From the human T2T-CHM13v2.0 reference genome, Homo sapiens, in assembly GCF_009914755.1 (NCBI RefSeq), contig NC_060937.1: a stretch of DNA of 64,000 nt; one strand, written 5' to 3'. Made by a program: the position numbers and the translations under genes. Position 1 is the first letter of the stretch. Each line of letters begins with the position of its first letter. The notes beneath the pieces were generated by a model. The model was not told the origin of the DNA, searched no databases, and saw only the letters and a program-made list of their open reading frames with translations. Positions 57,412 through 64,000 of the stretch are shown here, one piece after another.

Positions 57412-57845
57412 ATTGTATTCATTATCTATTTATGCATAATATATTACCCCCAAATGTAGCAGAAATAATAAACATTTATAATCTTTCATAGTTTCTGTGG
57501 GTCAAAAACATGAAAGTGGCTTTGCTGGGCAGTTGTGGCTCTGGGATTCTCATGAAGTTGCAACTCAGCTGTTAATAAGGGCCTTAGACATCTGAAAACC
57601 TGACGGGCAAAAGAATCCACTTTTAAGGCATTTTACTCACAGGTTGGTTCTCATTGTCAGTCTTGTTTCTTCCATATATGGGCATCTCCACAGGCTGTTT
57701 GAGTATCTGCCAAACCTGGCACCTGGCTTCCCACAGAATGTGTCTGAAAGAACAAGGTAGAAGCTGCAATTGTGTCAGCCCTTGCCTCAAAAGTCACATG
57801 CCATCGCTTCAGATCATTGGGGCCACCTTGCAGGCCACCTATGCC
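57412..57845 (-). mobile_element. MLT1F-H-like LTR
   Basis: tgtattcattatctatt...catagtttctgtgggtcaa...ctccacaggctgtttgagt. Confidence 0.65.
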
Positions 57846-58134
57846 AGCTTTTTTCTATAAAGTGAAGTTTAGAATGCTGAAATAACATTGTTCATAAGAC
57901 TGTATAGTTTGAACTACCTTCTGTAAAGCAATTCAGAAATAAAGATCAAACACCTTAAAAATGTTTATATTCTTTGACTAAATAATTTCAGTTCTCAGAA
58001 TCTATTCCCAAAAAAATCACAAATGCAAAGAAAAATACTATTTAAAATTTCCTATAAGGAAAAAAAGTTTATTTTCTATAAATAAATTTTATTTTTAATA
58101 GCCCAGAATAGTAAAATGGTTAATTAAATTCAGG

Positions 58135-61100
58135 TTAATTAAACCCATTGATGTTAAGATGCACCTTTTCCACATTTTAGCATCTCTGAAATTGGAATAT
58201 GTCTTATAGTAGTTGGCATATTATTATCCCCATCAGCTGATGGCATTTTATTATCAGTTAAGTACAAAGGAGTTGTCATTACCATGCATGCATGAACATG
58301 ATGACAGACATTTGTGTTGTCATTACCTCAACTGAATTATGTACATTGTTGGTACCACACATGTTGATTTAGCTGCTATTTAAAATGTCTCCAATATTGA
58401 AATTGTCTCAAGTATCTTTTCTAACCACAAAGGTATAAAACTAGAACTCAGTAATAGGAGGAACTTCAGAAAATTTACAAATATGTGGAAATTAAACGAC
58501 ACAGTCCTGAACAACCAATAGATCAAAGAAGAAATCAAAAGAGAAATCAAAAAGTATCTTGAGACAAACAAAAACAGAAACACAACATGCCAAATCTTAT
58601 GAGCTGCAGCAGCAGCAATGCTGAAAGGGAAGTTTATAGCAACAAATAACCTACATAAAGGAAAAGAAAAGATTTCAATTGCCCTAACTTCACACCTGCA
58701 AGGACTAGAAAAAGAAGAACCAACTAAGCCCAAAGTCAGCAGAAAGAGGGAAATAATAAAGATTAGAACAGAAATAAACGGCATAGAGACTAGAAAGATA
58801 ATAGGAAAGATCAAGGAAACTAAGAGTTGGGGTTTTTAGGGAAAAAAAATCAAATCAACATAATTAAAACACCTTTAGCCAACTTAACCAAGCAAAAAAG
58901 GAGAGAAGCCTCAAACAAAATCCTATATGAAAGAAGAGATATGACAACTGATACTACAGAAATACAAAGGATCATCAGAGATTACTATGAACAATGATAC
59001 ACCAACACATTGGAAAACTTAGAAGAAGTGGATAAATTCATAGAAACGTACAACCTACCAACATGCAATCATGAAGAAATAGAAAATCTGAACAGACCAT
59101 GATGAGTAAGGAGATTGAATAAAAAAACTCCCAATATATAAAAGCTTGGAACTATATGGCTTCAGGGGTGAATTCTACTAAGCACTTAAAGAAGAATTAA
59201 TGCCAATTTTTCTCAAACTTTTTTAAAAAATTGAAGATGAGGGAATACTTTCAAACTTACCATATGATACCAGCACTACCCTCATAACAAAGTCAGGTAA
59301 GGACACAGCAAGAAAAGAAAATTACAGGCCAATATCCCCAATGAATATAAATGTAAAAATCCTCAACAAAATACTAGCAAACCAAATTCAACAGCACGTT
59401 GAAATGATCATGCACCCTGATCATGTGGGATTTATCCGAGATGCAAAGATTGTTCAGCATATGCAGATCAATAAACACGATACGCCACATTAACAGAATG
59501 AAGTATAAAAAATGAGTATAAACATCTCAATAGAAGCAGAAAAAGTATTTGACAAAATTCAACATCTTTTCATGAGAAAAACTCAACGAATTAGATGTAG
59601 AAGAAATGTACCTCAACATAATAAAGGCCACATATGACAAACCCATAGCTAACATCATACTGAATGGGGAAAAACTAAAAGCTTTTTTTCTGAGACCCAA
59701 AACAAGACCAGATACCCACTCTCAGCACTTCGGTTTGATATAGTACTAGAAATCCTAGCCACAGAACTTAGGCAAGACAAAGAAATAAAAGGCATTCAAA
59801 TTGGAATGGAAGAAGCTAAGTGGTCTCTGTTTGCTGATATAGTGTTATCTTACATAAAGAAAACTCTAAAGCCTCTACCAAAAAAAACCTATTAGAACTA
59901 GTAAGCAAATTCAGTAAACTGACAGGATAGGAAATCAACATTCAAAAATTGTTAGTGTTTCTATACATTAACAATGAACTATCTGCAAAAGAAATCAAGA
60001 AAACAATGCCATTTATAAGATCTTCAAAACATAAAATAAAATACTTAGGAAAAATTTAACCAAGGAGGTGAAAGATCTCTACACTAAAACTATAAAACAT
60101 TAATGAAAGAAATTGAAGAAGACACAAATAAAAGACACCATTTGTTCATGGATTGGAGGAATTAATATTGTTAAAAATATCCATACTACCCAAAGTAATC
60201 TACAGATTAAATGCAATTCCTATCAAAATTCCAATGACTTTTTTAAAAAAATAGAAAAAACAATTCTAAAATTTGTATGGAACCACAAAATTCCCCCAAG
60301 TAGCTATCTTGAACAAAAAGAACAAAGCCAGGAGAAATAAATTCTCTGACTTCAAAATCTCTTACAGAGCTACAGTAATCAAAATAGTATGGCACTAGCA
60401 TAAAAACAGACACATAGACCAATGGAACAAAACAGAGAGGCCAGAAATAAGTCCACATTTCCAGTCGATTGTTTTTTGACCAAGATGCCAAGATCATACA
60501 ATGAAGAAAAGAAAAGTCTCATCAATAGATGGTGTTGAAAAAACTGCACATCCACATGCAAAGTAATGAAATTAGACACTTGTCTTAAACCACACATAAA
60601 AATTAAATTGAAATAAATTAAATATTTAAATGTAATGTTTTAGATCATAAAACTCCTAAAAGAAAACATAGGGAAAAAGCTCCTTGACATTGGTCTTAGT
60701 AATGATTTTTTGGACATGACCCCGAAAGCACAGGCAACAAAAGTAAAAATAAACAAGCAGATTCCAATGAACTAAAAACTTCTGCAAAGGAAACAATCGA
60801 GAAAATTAAAAGACAACCTACAAAATGGAAAAAAATATTTGCAAACCAAAAACCTGATAAGAGGTTAATCTAAAATATGTAAAAAAATTCATACAACTCG
60901 ATAGCAAAAAAAAAAAATAAGCCCAATTTACATATGGGTAAGGAGCCTGAATAGACATTTTTCTTTTCAAAGAAGACATGCAAATGGCCAGCAGGTATAT
61001 AAAAAGATGCACAGCATTACTGGTCATCAGAGAAGGGCAAATTAAAACCACAATGAGATATCACCTCACACCTGATTATTATGAAACAGACAACAGATAA

Positions 61101-62280
61101 CAAGTGCTGGCAAGGGTGTAGAGAAAAGGGGAGCCCTTATACACTGTTGGTAGAAATGTAAATTAGTACAGCCATTATGGAGATTCTTCAAAAAATTAAA
61201 AATAGAACTACTCTATGACCCAGCAGTCTCACTTCCGGCTATATATTCAAAGGAAATGACATCAGTATCACGAAGAGATATCTGTACTTCCACGTTCATT
61301 GTGGCATTATTCACAATAGCATTGATAGGAAATCGACCTAAGTGTTTATCAGTGGATGAATAACAAATATGTGAGATATATATGTATATGTAATGGAATA
61401 TTAATCAGCCTTTAAAAAGAAGGAAATCTTGTCATTTGTAACAATATGAATGAACGTGGACGTTGCACCAAGTGAAATAAGCCAGACACAAAGACAAATA
61501 GTGAATGATCTCTTATCTGTAGAATCTAAAAATTTTGAATTCATAGAAGCAAAGGGTAGAGTGGTTACCAGGGACTAGTAGATGAGGGAAATGGAGAGAT
61601 ATTGGTCAAAGGGTACAAACTTTCAGTTATGAGTTGAACAATCTCTGAGGATCTAATGTACAGCATGAGTGGTGATGGATATGTTTATTAATTTGATGGT
61701 GGTAATTGTTACATAATGTATACATATATCAAATCATCATGTTATATACCTTGAATATATTCAATCTTTGTCAATTAAATATTTTTAAATACAATAAATA
61801 AAATGTCTTCAAATGTAACGCTGTGATTCAGCATTGAGATGAAAAGTCATTGTGTACACACAAAAAAAGCATGTAAACAGAGACACAGTGGGTACATTTT
61901 ATGTTGATGAAGCAAATATTCACCATAGGACAAATGATCACTATGCCATATTTTGTTCCAAAGCAATAAATCACATATGTGGTTTATGAACCTAAGTAGA
62001 TGATGCTGTGCTACATTTTGTTTTCTGAGGATTATGCAAAAGAAGCATCTCTTACATGCCAAGAAATGCAACTAAAGGAAAAATTATTGCCAAATCCCTG
62101 AACTAGATGAAAGAAATGTCAAAGCGTCAAAAGGCTGGTGTGACCAACAAACATATCATGCAAAGTTATCATTAAAGTTTTGTATCACAGTTTAATTGGA
62201 AACACTTTTTTCTTTCCTAGCAGTATGTAAAATAGTAAGTGCCCCAAAGTCAATGACATCTGAAAAGCTCATTTAAAATA
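58135..62280 (+). mobile_element. Kanga1-like (TcMar-Tc2) DNA transposon split by L1 (parts ~58135-58394 and ~61800-62280)
   Basis: MER104/Kanga-like terminus taagatgcaccttttccacattttagcatctctgaaattgg. After the L1, decayed N-terminal DNA-binding-domain sequence (MSS...DSALR*KVIVY...KHVNR...F.VDEANIH). Confidence 0.65.
58395..61799 (+). mobile_element. L1MA8/9-like, 5'-truncated, 3.4 kb (decayed ORF2 RT region plus 3' UTR)
   Basis: ORF2 motifs ([26 protein letters not shown]) in broken frames, L1MA 3' UTR and aataaa tail; TSD taaaatgtct(c/t)caa. Confidence 0.92.
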
Positions 62281-62422
62281 AATACTTCTAGAAGATTTGA
62301 AGAATTCTTTGGGTTTAAGTAACTTATAAAAGCAGAATGCAAAATTACAGTCAAAATGATATAAGATAATTTTAAAATACTGTGGGAAAGTAAGAGTTAA
62401 TACATCAAAATGTTAGAAGTCT

Positions 62423-62529
62423 TCACCACAATACAATACATGCATGTAAGAAACCTGCAATTGTACCCCATAAATATGTAAAAACAATACTAGTAATTAA
62501 TTACTTAGTTTTTAAAAAAATAAGTGCTA
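62423..62529 (+). mobile_element. Extremely 5'-truncated L1 (L1MA/PB 3' tip, ~107 bp)
   Basis: caccacaatacaatacatgcatgtaagaaacctgcaattgtacccc, flanked by a perfect 16-bp TSD AAAATGTTAGAAGTCT (62407-62422 and 62530-62545). Confidence 0.85.
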
Positions 62530-64000
62530 AAAATGTTAGAAGTCTATAAAATAAGATTATAATTTATCTTTATTTTCTTCTTTATGTTTTCCAAATTATT
62601 GACAAAAGAATGTACATTTAATCAGTTAAAAAAATAATACTTAGAATATTAAAAACAAAAATGAAAATGTACCCTCCAGGCAACTTTAACCTCCCTTTAT
62701 AGCCCATTATTGTTATTTATCTAAGCCTTTTTTTTTTTAAGTCCGTTTGTATTTCAAATTCTTCCTTTTCTATGAGAGGTACATTCTACAGGTTCACAAG
62801 CTTGTGTTCCTAGATTGGGCCAGTGCATGTCAACCCAATCTAGAGTCTTCAGACTTTTATGATCTTCAATTATACTTTCTTGGCCTTTGCTATTCTAGCC
62901 ACAAATGGTAGTTCATTATTTTTTTTCTCCAGATATTGACACTGTTTCAGAAAAATAAAGGAATTTCACAATTCATCTTTCTTAATGGTTATACTTATTT
63001 CCAGTCACTGCCCTAGGCTTTTCTGAAATCAGGTCTACAGCAGACCTAGTATATTTCTAAGTTATTTATCCATTGTGGTATCTTTTGAGTTCTTTCCCAT
63101 ATGACAGAAACTAAGACACAGAAAGGAAACATCTTTTCCTGGGTATATTAGTGATCAAAGGGCCTTTTCATTGACACATTTTGAGCCATGGACTTTCAGA
63201 TTATACCTTTCAGATCAAACACTAGAATTTCTAAGGTCATTGAGAAGATGAATGAGGACAGCAAAAGGTGATGATGGACAGAAATAGAAGACATGGGGTC
63301 TGAATTAAACCCCAGGACCAGGGGGCCCTGAATCAGCTGGATTCATACTGAGGAATACATCCCCAGGCAGTCTTTTCTCTCTGCCCTGGATCCAAGTTTT
63401 ACTGCATTTACAAACCCCACCTTTCTCCTCTTTTGTCTCTCTCACTCTTCTACTCTCAAAATAAACTATGTTCAACTACCACAAGCAGCCTTGGGTTGCA
63501 GATGGGAAGCAGGGTGAACCCCAACATTGCCTGTGTGGGCTCCTCATCAGTCACTGCTGACAGCCCTCCCTCAAACCAGCATCTCTGTCTCTGCTGTTGG
63601 CACGTTTCTGCCCTTGTGCCTCATGCAGTCTTCTGTCACTCACAGAATCTGCAGGTGGCCCTCCTGCAGATGTGGCCAGAGTATCAGAGTACCACCAATC
63701 GATTCCACAAATGAAGGATACCGTGCCTAAATTAAGATCTCCCACTGGCGCTATCAATCAGCCAAGAGCCTCAATTAAAATTTGATTACCAGAAGCTCTG
63801 TTTTCACTTCAGTCCCTCCTACAAGTCAATTCATTTGATGGTGTAATCATAAAATTATTTAGGCATTTAACTGCAGTCCATAAGCATGTTCAACTCCCTA
63901 TTTATGCCCTATCCCACCCCCAGCTAGTTAATTAATAAATAAGACCTGGCATGAATGCTACTCATCTACAACTAATAATAGATGTCTGAATTGGTCTGAG

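Noticed and set aside
63420-63830. Overlapping short ORFs in slightly GC-richer sequence
   Set aside because: No homology recognised; may be an old LTR, but I cannot support a call.

Overview
Repeat-rich, AT-rich non-coding primate DNA. AluY, AluS and AluJ SINEs, THE1/MST/MLT MaLR LTRs and L1PA/PB/MA/MC/ME fragments point to a catarrhine, probably human, intronic or intergenic region. I recognise no host protein-coding exon, RNA gene or CRISPR array. Every supplied ORF with recognisable content comes from a transposable element or low-complexity sequence. The main elements are a full-length THE1A provirus plus three THE1 solo LTRs, an old nested MLT1 provirus, and three decayed Tc1/mariner-superfamily DNA transposons: near full-length Tigger4/Zombi, near full-length HSMAR1, and a Kanga/Tc2-type element split by a 3.4 kb L1. 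I found no convincing novel biological system. The best second-look items are mechanistic scars and candidate regulatory motif clusters. The scars are an L1 containing a copy of its own downstream flank, a probable internally primed L1 5' insertion, and a template-switch hairpin in one LTR. The motif clusters are DUX4 sites, a RUNX cluster, an inverted octamer pair and a hotspot 7-mer in THE1A. Subfamily names come from remembered consensus sequences and need RepeatMasker/Dfam confirmation. Boundaries of old repeats are approximate.
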